A stretch of 64,000 nucleotides of DNA from contig DASZZF010000002.1 of NCBI GenBank assembly GCA_035543375.1, forward strand, positions 67,202-131,201, given 5' to 3'. The DNA is from Candidatus Limnocylindria bacterium (GTDB lineage Bacteria; Chloroflexota; Limnocylindria; P2-11E). This document shows positions 1 through 10,670 of the stretch, piece by piece. Positions within the stretch are counted from its first letter, which is position 1; each line of letters starts with the position of its first letter. Position numbers and translations under genes: made by a program. The notes beneath the pieces were generated by a model. The model saw only the letters and a program-made list of their open reading frames with translations. It was not told the origin of the DNA and made no database searches.

Positions 1-533
1 TTGCCCTCGCCGAAGATGTCCCGATGCTCGTTCGCGACCGCACAGGCCGCATCGAGCCCGTGCTCCTGGATCGCCCGCGCCACCTCGCCCTGGAGGCAGG
101 CTGACAAGGCGATCAGCCCCGTGCTCTTCGCCCGGAGCAGCTCCTTGTCCATGCGGGGCCGGTAGTAGTAGCCCTCGAGGTGGGCCGCGGTGACGAGCGA
201 GACGAGGTTCTTGTAGCCGGTGAAGTTTTTGGCAAGGAGCACGAGGTGGAACGGTTTCCCGTGGCCTTCCACCCTCGGGTCGCGATCCGCTCGCGAGCCC
301 CGCGCGATATACGTCTCGACCCCGATGATTGGCTTGATGCCCGCGGCCTTCGCCGCGGTATAGAAATCGATCGCGCCGTACAGAGCGCCGTGATCCGTGA
401 GGGCGAGCGCCGGCATCGCGAGGGCCTTCGCGCGCGCGACGAGGTCGCGCACGCGGGACAGCCCGTCGAGCAGACTGTACTCGCTGTGGGTGTGCAGATG
501 GACGAACTGCTGCGAGATGCGGTCGTCTCCCAG
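1..533 (-). CDS. dnaE: DNA polymerase III alpha subunit, N-terminal PHP domain (partial, runs off the left edge)
   Basis: Hand translation of the minus strand gives ISQQFVHLHTHSEYSLLDGLSRVRDLVARAKALAMPALALTDHGALYGAIDFYTAAKAAGIKPIIGVETY, the classic DnaE PHP motif. It is absent from the ORF track because it leaves the window. The frame is closed upstream by TAG at 555-557. There is no ATG/GTG/TTG before the HxH motif, only CTG at 531-533, so the 5' end is provisional. Confidence 0.85.
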   Translation of the reverse strand, partial: MGDDRISQQFVHLHTHSEYSLLDGLSRVRDLVARAKALAMPALALTDHGALYGAIDFYTAAKAAGIKPIIGVETYIARGSRADRDPRVEGHGKPFHLVLLAKNFTGYKNLVSLVTAAHLEGYYYRPRMDKELLRAKSTGLIALSACLQGEVARAIQEHGLDAACAVANEHRDIFGEG

Positions 534-574
534 GCCGTCGGGGAAGCTCCGCGGCTAGGTGAAGTGTATGCGCC

Positions 575-2410
575 TCAACGGCTGCTCCTGGTCACCAGCA
601 CGACGACGGCACGGTGATCCGATGCCGTTGATGCGACGACGTGGCCCTGTGCGGCGGTGACGCCGGTGCCGAAGAGGTAATCGATCCGCTCGACCGGCTC
701 CGGCGACGGGAACGTGTTCGCCCCGCCGCCTGATTGCCCGGCGAGGTCACCGAATCCCGAATCGTCGATGAGCCTCAGCTCCACCGCGTCCGGATGCGCA
801 TTGCAGTCGCAGGCGATGATCGCCGGGCTGGCTTTCCCGATCTCGTCGAGCAGCGTGCGCACCTGCTGCTGGCGTACGGCCGTGGCGTCGGCGTTCTCGT
901 CGAGATGGGTCGCCGCGATCAGCACGCCGCCGATCCGGACCAGGATCGCGCCACGCGGCTGATATCGCGCTCCCGGCTCCTTCGCGTACGAGATCCGCCG
1001 CACGTCGGTGATCGGGTACCGCGACAGGATGGCGTTGCCGTACAGGTCACCGATGTGCGGGTCAAAGACGTAGGTCATCCCGAGCCGCGACCCGAGGAAT
1101 CCGAGCACGTCGTGCTGATCATCGATGAGCCAGCCGCGGACGACCTCCTCCAGCACCAGGACGTCCGGACTCTCGCGCGAGATCGTGTCGGCGATGCGGT
1201 CGAGCGACGGCACGTCGACGGCGTCGAAGCCCTGGTGGACGTTGTAGGTCATGATGCGGAACGTCGCGGGCGCGTCGATCGTCGACGGACGGGGAGTGCT
1301 GATGACGCCATACGCGGGCACCAGGACCGTGCCGATCACGATCGCGGCCGTCAGCGCGCCGCGAAGGCGCGGCACCGTCGACGGCGGCACGGCAAGCGCG
1401 ACGACGGCGACGAGCGCGGCGAGCGACCAGAGCGGACGAAGATCCGCGAAGTAAGCGTAATGCGCGAACGCGCCGCCGACGAAAAGCACCCATCCGGTCC
1501 CGAAGGCGACGACCGCGAGCCATGGCGACGGCACCTCGATCGTCGGGCCGGAGAGCAACGCGCCTGCGGCGACGAGGATGCCGGCAGCGAAGATCGCTCC
1601 GGCAACGAGCGAAACGACGGGCAGGTGCGCCCAGAGACCGACGGCGCCGATCGCGACGGACAGGGCGGCGATGGGTCGTGCAGGGAGGCCTCGCGCGAGC
1701 ACGAGCGCCCCAGCCGCCAGCCCCGCGCCGGCGAGCAGCGTCCCGATCTGGGTGCTCGGCCCGCCGTCGAGACCGAGCCCCGCGGCGGCCGCGATCTGCG
1801 CGCCATTGGTGGCGCCGGTCTCGGCGACAAGGAGCAACGGACCGATCGCGAGCAGACCGATCGCGCCGCGCGGCCCCGGCGAGCTCCAGGTGATCCCCGC
1901 CGGGAGCGCCGCGATCCCACCCGCGAGGAACAGCAGCGCGGCCACCACGACGAGCGGGACGGCCAGCACCACCGGCGCGTCGACCACCGGGATCGTCGCG
2001 AACAGGCTCCGGAGCACGAGATCGACCGCGAGCGCGACCGGTAGTCCGACGGCGACCGGCGAGCCGCGCGCCGCGGTACGGCTCGCGTGTAGCAGGACCA
2101 GCCAATGGGTCCCGGCGACGATCGCGACGGCCGATAGCACCAGGTCCAGCAGTTCGACGCGGATGAGCGTGGACAGGATCGTCGTCGTCGCGAGCACGAG
2201 ACCGGTCGCCCCGATCGCGCGACGAGGTCCGAAGCGCCGTGCGGTGAAGATGGCGAGATACGACGCAGCGAAGACGAGGAAGGCGATCGCGCCGAGCGTC
2301 GTGTTCGGAAGCTTGCCGAAGAGCGCCTGATAGAGCGTCGCGGTGAAGGTGTGGATCGCCGCAAGGACGAAGAGCAGGCCGACGACCGCGAATGCAGCGC
2401 CGCCGATCAC
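575..2410 (-). CDS. polytopic membrane protein with C-terminal endonuclease/exonuclease/phosphatase (EEP) domain
   Basis: 611-aa ORF. The N-terminal ~370 aa are hydrophobic helices. The C-terminal part (FRIMTYNVHQG...LVLEEV...NAILSRYPI...DHRAVV) matches EEP-family motifs. Confidence 0.8.
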   Translation of the reverse strand: MIGGAAFAVVGLLFVLAAIHTFTATLYQALFGKLPNTTLGAIAFLVFAASYLAIFTARRFGPRRAIGATGLVLATTTILSTLIRVELLDLVLSAVAIVAGTHWLVLLHASRTAARGSPVAVGLPVALAVDLVLRSLFATIPVVDAPVVLAVPLVVVAALLFLAGGIAALPAGITWSSPGPRGAIGLLAIGPLLLVAETGATNGAQIAAAAGLGLDGGPSTQIGTLLAGAGLAAGALVLARGLPARPIAALSVAIGAVGLWAHLPVVSLVAGAIFAAGILVAAGALLSGPTIEVPSPWLAVVAFGTGWVLFVGGAFAHYAYFADLRPLWSLAALVAVVALAVPPSTVPRLRGALTAAIVIGTVLVPAYGVISTPRPSTIDAPATFRIMTYNVHQGFDAVDVPSLDRIADTISRESPDVLVLEEVVRGWLIDDQHDVLGFLGSRLGMTYVFDPHIGDLYGNAILSRYPITDVRRISYAKEPGARYQPRGAILVRIGGVLIAATHLDENADATAVRQQQVRTLLDEIGKASPAIIACDCNAHPDAVELRLIDDSGFGDLAGQSGGGANTFPSPEPVERIDYLFGTGVTAAQGHVVASTASDHRAVVVLVTRSSR

Positions 2411-2427
2411 GGGCGGAGTTTAGGCCG

Positions 2428-4182
2428 CTAGGCCACCTGCACCCCCTGGAGGCGCATCAGCGTCTCGTTCGGCACGTCCACGGCGGCCGCGCCGCCGAGG
2501 CTGGCCGAACGCCAGGCGAGCGAGAGCCGGTGGCCGGCATCGTCGACCAGGCCGCGGATCCGCCCGAGCGTGATGGGATCGAGGTCGTCGAACCTGGGCC
2601 CGGCGACGAACGCGCCGACGACGTCGCCGGCGACGACGATCGGGACGATCGTGGAGCGGCCGCCTCCGACGAGACGCTCGACGATGAGCGCCTCGCTCCA
2701 TTCGTGCACCGGCTGAATGAGCTCGTGCACGGTCGGCGCCTGGATGACCCGGGCCTCACGGCAGGCCCGGGCGATCGCGTTGTAGCGATCGTCGATGCTG
2801 ATCGCGAAGTGCGCCTGGGAGATCCCGATCGCCTTGTCCAGCTCGGCCGACTCAAGCGAGCCGCTCACGCGGTCGCCGCGGAGCAGCCCCGCCGCCGGGT
2901 CGAGCCCAACGATGAACGAGGTCGGCACGCCTTCGAGCGCGCACCGGTCGAGCAGCTCGCGGAGGATCGCATCGGTCGCGCCTTCCGCCGGCGCCGCCGG
3001 GGGTTCGACCAGCCCTGGCGCTCCGGGCAGCGCCGGCGCGGCCGCGGGTGACGGGACCAATGCCGGCGCGCTGCCGGGCTGGAAGTGCCCGGCGGCCCGG
3101 GCGCGCGCGAAGCCGGGTGCCGTGGCATCGACGATCGCCGCGATGAACTCGAGCTGGCCACCGGCGAAGCCACTGTCGCGGAACGTCTCCAGGGTCACGA
3201 CGCCCAGAATGTCGGTCCCGTCGGTGAGTGGCACCTGGAGCACGGCCACCCGGCGGCGCTCATTGGCGACGCTGACCGCGCGGTCGAACCCATGCCAGCG
3301 TTCCCCGTTGCGCACCGCGTAGCAGCGCGGCGAGTCGTCGACGGGCTGCTTGCCGAGCTCGCTCGAGGCCGCATCGATGCCGACGACCTTGTAGCGGTAC
3401 GCGACCTCCGGCCGGTCGGCGTGGAACAGCGCGACCGCGAAGGCCGACACCTCGCTGACCTCGTTCATCACATCGCGCAACACCCGTCCCACCGCTCGCG
3501 CATCCTCAGCTTGTTCGATCGCCACCCGGATCTGATCCGCGATCGTCGCGATGCGAGCCGCATCGTCCGAGCTCACGGGGACGGTCGGAGCCGGCGGAGT
3601 CGCCTCCGGAGCGGTCATGAGAAGCGGCGGGGGCAGCGCTGCCGCCGGAGGTCGAGCCGGTGGCATCCCCGAAGCCAGCCGATCCCGAAGCGAAGACGGC
3701 GAGCTGTCCGGCGACGCTGGCACGGGTGCCGGCACCGGAACGGGCGCCGCGACGACCGCCGCTGAGTGCATCGCCATGGCCGAGGCGATCAGCTCGCAGG
3801 AGAGATCGATCGCCTCGCGGATCCGCGCGTTCAGCTGCTCGCGCGTGATGAGCGTGCCGAGGAGCACGCCGACGGTCTGGCCGGCGAAGACGAGCCGCGA
3901 GATCAAGAGGCGCGGCGGGACGCCGACCCATTCGGCCTGATACGGCACGGGCCAGTCGAGCGCGACCGCGCGGTTCGCGGGGAGCGTGTCGTCGGGAAGC
4001 TCCAGCGTCGTGAGCCGGCGATCGAACAGCCACGGGTTCCGGCCGACCTCCGCCGAGATCGCGTCCGGGCCCGCGGGCTGCCGCACGACCGCGACGCCGA
4101 TGAGGTACGGGACGCTGTTCAGCAGGATGCGGAGGGTCGCCTCCACCGGAGGCGTGGCCGGGACAACCTGAAGCGGCTCCAT
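2428..4182 (-). CDS. multi-GAF-domain protein with Pro/Ala-rich linkers and no recognisable output domain
   Basis: This is the C-terminal 584 aa of track ORF 2428..5457. The upstream 425 codons are antisense to malate synthase, so I trimmed to ATG 4180-4182 (MEPLQVV...). It has several GAF-like blocks ([10 protein letters not shown]..., [13 protein letters not shown]...). Confidence 0.7.
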   Translation of the reverse strand: MEPLQVVPATPPVEATLRILLNSVPYLIGVAVVRQPAGPDAISAEVGRNPWLFDRRLTTLELPDDTLPANRAVALDWPVPYQAEWVGVPPRLLISRLVFAGQTVGVLLGTLITREQLNARIREAIDLSCELIASAMAMHSAAVVAAPVPVPAPVPASPDSSPSSLRDRLASGMPPARPPAAALPPPLLMTAPEATPPAPTVPVSSDDAARIATIADQIRVAIEQAEDARAVGRVLRDVMNEVSEVSAFAVALFHADRPEVAYRYKVVGIDAASSELGKQPVDDSPRCYAVRNGERWHGFDRAVSVANERRRVAVLQVPLTDGTDILGVVTLETFRDSGFAGGQLEFIAAIVDATAPGFARARAAGHFQPGSAPALVPSPAAAPALPGAPGLVEPPAAPAEGATDAILRELLDRCALEGVPTSFIVGLDPAAGLLRGDRVSGSLESAELDKAIGISQAHFAISIDDRYNAIARACREARVIQAPTVHELIQPVHEWSEALIVERLVGGGRSTIVPIVVAGDVVGAFVAGPRFDDLDPITLGRIRGLVDDAGHRLSLAWRSASLGGAAAVDVPNETLMRLQGVQVA

Positions 4183-4292
4183 GCGATCATTTTTATGGGA
4201 ACCGGCCCCGCCGTCCCTCACCGAAATTGGGGGTATGGAGTACGGGGGAGTACCAATGTCGGATCCGGGGGAGTCGCTACCATGGCGGCGGT

Positions 4293-4320
4293 CCGCGATC
4301 TGGCACTTCGCGCATCGCGG
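4293..4320 (+). promoter_or_regulatory. stem-loop (CCGCGAT N14 ATCGCGG) followed by a U-rich tract in the aceB leader, a possible attenuator
   Basis: A 7-bp GC-rich inverted repeat followed by TGTCTTGCTTTC lies ~35 nt upstream of the aceB ATG, inside the 174-nt divergent intergenic region. Confidence 0.3.
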
Positions 4321-4356
4321 TGTCTTGCTTTCACATCGTGCAACTTGGAGGAGGCT

Positions 4357-5933
<1,577 letters not shown>

Positions 5934-5937
<4 letters not shown>

Positions 5938-7094
5938 CCGAGCGCACCAGCGGCATCCTGCTCGCGGCAGCGACCGCGATCGCGGTCGGGCTGACGTATA
6001 CCGACCAGGCGGCGCTCGTCCCGCTCATCCGCGCGGAGCTCGGCATCACCGACGTGCAGGCCGGGCTGTTGCCGACCGCGCTCTTCCTGACCTCGATCCC
6101 CACGATGCTCGTCACATCGACGCTCGCCGATCGCATCGGCGCGAAGCGCATGAACGGCTACGGCGTCGCGATCGCTCTCGCGGGGAATCTCCTGTTCAGC
6201 ATCGCGCCCTCGTACGAAGGCATGCTCGCGGCGAAAGCCGTCGGCGGCGTCGCGAGCGGGATGGCGTTCGTCGGCGGGGTCCGGTACATCAGTGGCCTCT
6301 ACGCCGGCGCGCGCTCGCATCTCGGTCAGGGCCTGTACGGAGCCGGGTATCCGCTGGGCACCGCGCTCGGCTTGCAGCTCTTGCCGCCGCTGGCCCTTGC
6401 GTTCGGCGGCTGGCGGGGCGCGTTCGTCGGCTCGAGCGCGCTCTTGCTCGTCGTCCTTGTCGTCTATGCGGTCGTCGCCCCAACGGTGCCCGCGCTACGG
6501 TTGGCGGGAGGCATCAGAGACGCACTGCGCGACGGGAACGCGTGGTGGTGTTTCGTCGAGCACGCGGCGGGCTTCGGACTGGCGCTCGCGACCGGCACCT
6601 GGGTGAGCGTCTTCGTCCTTCGCGAGTTCGACGCGTCGCTCGTCGTCGCCGGCGCGCTCGGGTCGCTCCTTCCCCTCATCGGTCTGGCCATGCGCCCGCT
6701 CGGTGGCTACCTCGTCGCGCGCGAGCGCGCGACGACGGTCGCGATCATGCGGGGGTCACAGCTCGTGAGCCTGACCGGGCTGGTGCTCCTCGCGTTCCCC
6801 GGAAGACCGCTCGCCGTCGCGGTGGTCGGCGGGCTGATGGTGGGGAGCGGTGCCGCCCTCCCGTACGCCGCCGTATTCAACACCGCGGCGGCCTCGCTGC
6901 GGCGCGCGCCGGGCGCCGCGCAGTCGCTCGCCGCGGCGGGCGGCACGTTCGGCGCGGTGCTCGGCGCGCCGGCGATGGGATTCGCGGTCGAGCGGTTCGG
7001 GTTCAGCGCGGCGTGGGCGGTCATCGCGATCCTGCCCGTGGCCGCGCTCGTGGGCACGTTCGTCCTGCGCGGCGAGGAGCAGCTCGCCCCTTAG
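5934..7094 (+). CDS. MFS transporter
   Basis: About 12 predicted TM helices. The first TM ([17 protein letters not shown]) starts right after CTG 5934, which overlaps the aceB TGA (CTGA). The nearest in-frame canonical start is either 200+ nt inside aceB or downstream of TM1, so the start is provisional. Confidence 0.8.
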
Positions 7095-7832
7095 CGGATG
7101 TCGTCCTGCTCGGCGATGAACACCAGGGCACGCCGAACTGTGATCCGACCGTTGCCGCGAGGGCCCTCACGCCGAGGGTTTCGGTGACCCAGTGCGAGCC
7201 GACGATGAGGTTGAGTCCCCGCTCGCGCGCGTAGCGCTTCGTGTACATCGATCCCTCGCCGGTGACAACGGTCTCCGCCGGTGCAGCCGCGCCTCCTCGA
7301 GCATGCTCGTGAGACCCACGCCGCCGGTGGCGATCGCCACGCGTTTGCACGTGGGCGCGTTCTCCCACGCCTCGATCGGTTCGCCGAGAGGGTCACATGC
7401 GCTCGCAGAGCTGCGCGAACGTCCGCTCGTGCCGGCCGACGTCGCCCGCCAAACCGCCGTGGTACGGGAGGAACCGCTCCTGCAGGGTGACTCCGAGCGC
7501 CGCCGCGAGCATCGGGATTGCCGAAACCCGGCGCGCCGTCGAGCGCGGAGTGGGCACCGTCCAGCGAGATCCCGTTGTCGCGGAGACGATCGAGCTTCTG
7601 GGGTTCGAGCTCGAGATCGATGTGTGGCCACGTCCGGTGATGGACGATGAGCAGGTCCGAGTCGGTGACCTTCGCGCGCGCGATCGCGTGGAACGACGTG
7701 TTTCACGGCCGCGGCGACGCGGGTCACCGTGTCGCCGGACCCAGGACGAGGCCGTTCGACGCTTCCTCATCGAACCTCCCGACCTCGACCGTCGCGTCGA
7801 GGAAGGCGGCGACATCGTCGAGCCTCGCTCAA
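7091..7832 (-). pseudogene. Nif3/YbgI family (GTP cyclohydrolase 1 type 2 homologue) gene disrupted by about 7 single-nt frameshifts
   Basis: Homology to YbgI-type proteins (NGL..G, LLIVHH, AHSALD, ATGG, VVTGE, GSHW.TE) is continuous only if the reading frame is switched about seven times across all three minus frames. Pieces appear in track ORFs 7393..7848, 7167..7727, 7021..7368 and 7091..7396. Confidence 0.75.
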
Positions 7833-9292
7833 CGGAGACGCTCGACAAGGAGCCGGCTCACGAGCGCGGGGTTCGCTTTCCCGCCGGTCTGCTGCATCAC
7901 CCGGCCGACGAGCGGGCCGAGCGCGCGCTGATTGCCGGCGCGGACGGCCGCCGCGGCCTCCGGCTCCTGCGCGATGATGGCGTCAACGGCAGCGGCGATG
8001 GCCCCTTCGTCGGACACCTGGGCGAGGCCCTTCTCGGCCACGATCTCGAGCGGGTCCCGCCCGGACGCGAGCATCGCGGCGAAGACCGTCTTCGCGGCCG
8101 TCGTGCTGATCGTGCCCGCGGCGATCAGCGACACGAGCGTGCCGAGCTGGGCCGCGCTGATCTCGACCTCCGCGAGTGCCTTCCCGGCGGCCCTGAGGTG
8201 GCCGAGCAGCTCCACCGTGACCCAATTGGCGACGCGCTTCGCCTCCCCGGGGGCCGCGCGGACCGCGTCCTCGAAAAAGGCGGCCAGCGCCCGGTCGGAA
8301 ACGAGGACGCGGGCGTCGTAATCCGAGAGCCCGTACTGCGTCACGAACCGCGCGCGCCGGTCGGACGGCATCTCGGGCAGCGCTGTGCGGATCCGCTCGA
8401 CCATCTCCCGGTCCGGCCGCAGCGCCACGAGGTCGGGCTCAGGGAAGTACCGGTAGTCATCGACATCCTCCTTGGTCCGCTGGACGTACGTGCGCCGCGA
8501 GTCGGGGCTCCAGCCGACGGTGATCTTGCCTTTCCGCGTTCGGAGCTCGCCGCCGTCCTGCCACTCGTTCCAGAGCCGGTCCGACTCGTACGCGACGGCG
8601 CCCTCGAGAGCGCGGAAGCTGTTGAGGTTCTTGATCTCGCTAAGCGGCGGCCACCGCGTCTCGCCGTCCTCCGTGAAGCGGATGGAGACGTTCACGTCGA
8701 AGCGCGCGCCACCCTCCTCGAGCTTGAACTCCGCGACGCCCGCGTACACGAGCCGCTCGCGCAGTAGCTCGAGGTACGCGAGCGACTCGCGAACCGAACG
8801 CAGGTCCGGGGCGCTGACGATCTCGAGGAGCGGCACGCCGGAGCGATTGAAATCGATGAGCGTCGCGCCAGCCGCGTGCAGCAGGCTGCCGGTGTCCTCC
8901 TCGAGATGCGCGCGGATGATGCCGACACGCTTCGCACGGCCGTCGTCGCCGGGTATTTCGAGCCAACCGTTCGACGAGAGCGGGAGGTCGTATTGCGAGA
9001 TCTGGTAGCCCTTCGGCAGGTCGGGATACATGTAGTTCTTGCGGTCGAACTTGGTATGCGCCGGGGTCTCGCAATGCAGCGCGATGCCGGCGGCGATTGA
9101 CAGCTCGATCGCCTTGCGGTTCGGGACCGGGAGCGCGCCAGGGAGGCCCAGGCAGACCTCGCACGTGAGGGTGTTCGGCGGGGCGCCGAACCATTTGGCC
9201 GAACAGCCGCAGAACATCTTCGAGCGCGTGTCGAGCTCGACGTGGCATTCGATGCCGATGATCGTTTCGTACGGCGGCGCGCTGACCGTCAC
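7829..9292 (-). CDS. gatB: Asp-tRNA(Asn)/Glu-tRNA(Gln) amidotransferase subunit B
   Basis: 487 aa, YETIIGIECHVELDTRSKMFCGC...CEVCLGLPGALPV. GTGA overlap with the upstream gene. Confidence 0.95.
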   Translation of the reverse strand: MTVSAPPYETIIGIECHVELDTRSKMFCGCSAKWFGAPPNTLTCEVCLGLPGALPVPNRKAIELSIAAGIALHCETPAHTKFDRKNYMYPDLPKGYQISQYDLPLSSNGWLEIPGDDGRAKRVGIIRAHLEEDTGSLLHAAGATLIDFNRSGVPLLEIVSAPDLRSVRESLAYLELLRERLVYAGVAEFKLEEGGARFDVNVSIRFTEDGETRWPPLSEIKNLNSFRALEGAVAYESDRLWNEWQDGGELRTRKGKITVGWSPDSRRTYVQRTKEDVDDYRYFPEPDLVALRPDREMVERIRTALPEMPSDRRARFVTQYGLSDYDARVLVSDRALAAFFEDAVRAAPGEAKRVANWVTVELLGHLRAAGKALAEVEISAAQLGTLVSLIAAGTISTTAAKTVFAAMLASGRDPLEIVAEKGLAQVSDEGAIAAAVDAIIAQEPEAAAAVRAGNQRALGPLVGRVMQQTGGKANPALVSRLLVERLR

Positions 9293-9804
9293 CGGAATGT
9301 CGGGTCGGATGGCGCGGGCACGACCTGGGTGCCGCTGATGACGCGGCTCGTGTTCACGACGACCTTCGTCCCCTCCACCGAGACAAGATAACGGTCGAAG
9401 TTTGCCGGCGGCCCGCCGGGCGCGTCGCTCACCGAGAAGCCGACGGCGTGGTTCGGCGGTGCGGACGGGAGTGCCGACGCGAGCACGGCGAGGAACTCAC
9501 CCTTCTTGGGTTGCAACAGATAGAAGGAATGCGCGACATCGACGAGCGGCGGCCCGTAGCGCGTCGGTGCCGCGCCGACGCGCGGCACGTCGGCCAGAGC
9601 GAGCACGACGCGCCCTCCTGCCACGACCGCGGGCGGCGTCGCGAACTCCACGGCCAGCGCGTTGTACGCGACCACCACGACGAGCGCCAGCGCGAGCAAC
9701 ACGGACGTCGCCACGATGAGGTATTGCTTCCACACCGGCGTCGGATCCAGCGATTCGGCGCCGGCCCACTGCTCCGGGGGCTGATCCTCGTATCGCGTTC
9801 CCAC
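9289..9804 (-). CDS. membrane-anchored hypothetical protein (C-terminal part tentatively Rieske-fold-like but lacking Cys/His ligands)
   Basis: 171 aa with one N-terminal TM (YLIVATSVLLALALVVVVAY). High GC3. Coupled to gatB by GTGA. Confidence 0.7.
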   Translation of the reverse strand: MGTRYEDQPPEQWAGAESLDPTPVWKQYLIVATSVLLALALVVVVAYNALAVEFATPPAVVAGGRVVLALADVPRVGAAPTRYGPPLVDVAHSFYLLQPKKGEFLAVLASALPSAPPNHAVGFSVSDAPGGPPANFDRYLVSVEGTKVVVNTSRVISGTQVVPAPSDPTFR

Positions 9805-10670
9805 TACGCCGTCGCCCGCAATGCGCGCGCGATCGCCTCGCGGCTACCGCCATCCCACTCCGCGACGGCGGCGCGCAGCTCCGGGCGACGCCGCAGGACG
9901 TTGCGCACCGCTGCCGTGACCGCGCGGCCCACGAACGGCCGGGCGTCGGCGGCGAGGAACGACAGGATCCCGAATGCCCGCTCGGCGACGCGCGCCCCCG
10001 ATGCGGTCGTGAACGCCATCGCGACATTCCAGCGGACGTTCTCGTCGGGCTCGCGAGCCCACCGCTCGAGCGTGGCGAAGGTCTGGTCGGGGTAGGAACG
10101 CAGGAACTGATCTCCGATGGCGAACGGGCCGAGGCTCCGACGGACGTATTCGTCATGGTCGGTGCGCGCCGGGGCGACGAGCGCGAGTAACCGCTCGGCC
10201 CGCTCGGGTCGTCGCGACCGGGCCGCGTACTTGGCACCGACGACGACCGCGCGCCGGAGCCGGGCATCGCCCGATGCCATCCACCCTTCGGCGATCCGCA
10301 GATACGGATCGAACCGGCGCTCGAGGGCATCGCCGAGCAGCGACGCTGACGTCTCGCGCACCTCCCAGTCGTCGTCGCGGGCGAGCCGATAGATCGCGCG
10401 CTCGAGGTCCGGCTGGTGGCTCTCCACGAGCGGCCGCAACATCACCGCGGCGAGCTCCTTGTCGACCCGGCGGGGATGCGCGAGCAGCCGCGCCGCCCAG
10501 TCGCGCCGGACCAGGGAGGCGACGCTCATGGTCCGCACGACCGCGGTCGCGCGCGAGAATGCGGCCTTCCTCACCCACCCGTTCTCGCCCGTATTCCGCA
10601 GGATGTCGGAGGCGCGCAACGGATCGCCGTCGGCGAGGGCGTCGCGGAACGCGCCCTCCCAGTCGATCAG
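9804..10670 (-). CDS. HEAT-repeat protein (DNA alkylation repair AlkC/AlkD-like, tentative)
   Basis: Repeated DxxWxVR-type HEAT motifs (RDDDWEVRETSA, EPDENVRWNVAMAF). The track ORF 9804..11105 is 5'-extended through the aminotransferase gene. I placed the provisional start at CTG 10668-10670, which overlaps the aminotransferase TGA. The alternative start is GTG 32 codons downstream. Confidence 0.6.
   Translation of the reverse strand: MIDWEGAFRDALADGDPLRASDILRNTGENGWVRKAAFSRATAVVRTMSVASLVRRDWAARLLAHPRRVDKELAAVMLRPLVESHQPDLERAIYRLARDDDWEVRETSASLLGDALERRFDPYLRIAEGWMASGDARLRRAVVVGAKYAARSRRPERAERLLALVAPARTDHDEYVRRSLGPFAIGDQFLRSYPDQTFATLERWAREPDENVRWNVAMAFTTASGARVAERAFGILSFLAADARPFVGRAVTAAVRNVLRRRPELRAAVAEWDGGSREAIARALRATA

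Noticed and set aside
734-2044. Long plus-strand ORFs (734..2044, 1578..2330 and similar) overlapping the EEP membrane protein gene
   Set aside because: Their products are Arg/Asp/Pro-rich with no recognisable motifs. They are the antisense shadow frames expected in very GC-rich coding DNA. The minus-strand 611-aa product has clear TM helices and EEP-domain motifs.
7091-7832. Programmed ribosomal frameshifting as the explanation for the nif3 frame changes
   Set aside because: Seven switches in both directions within 740 nt, with no slippery heptamers or stimulatory structures, is not compatible with programmed frameshifting. Decay or local sequence error is far more likely.
7397-8767. 456-aa plus-strand ORF
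   Set aside because: It is antisense to gatB and has no motifs. gatB is unambiguous.
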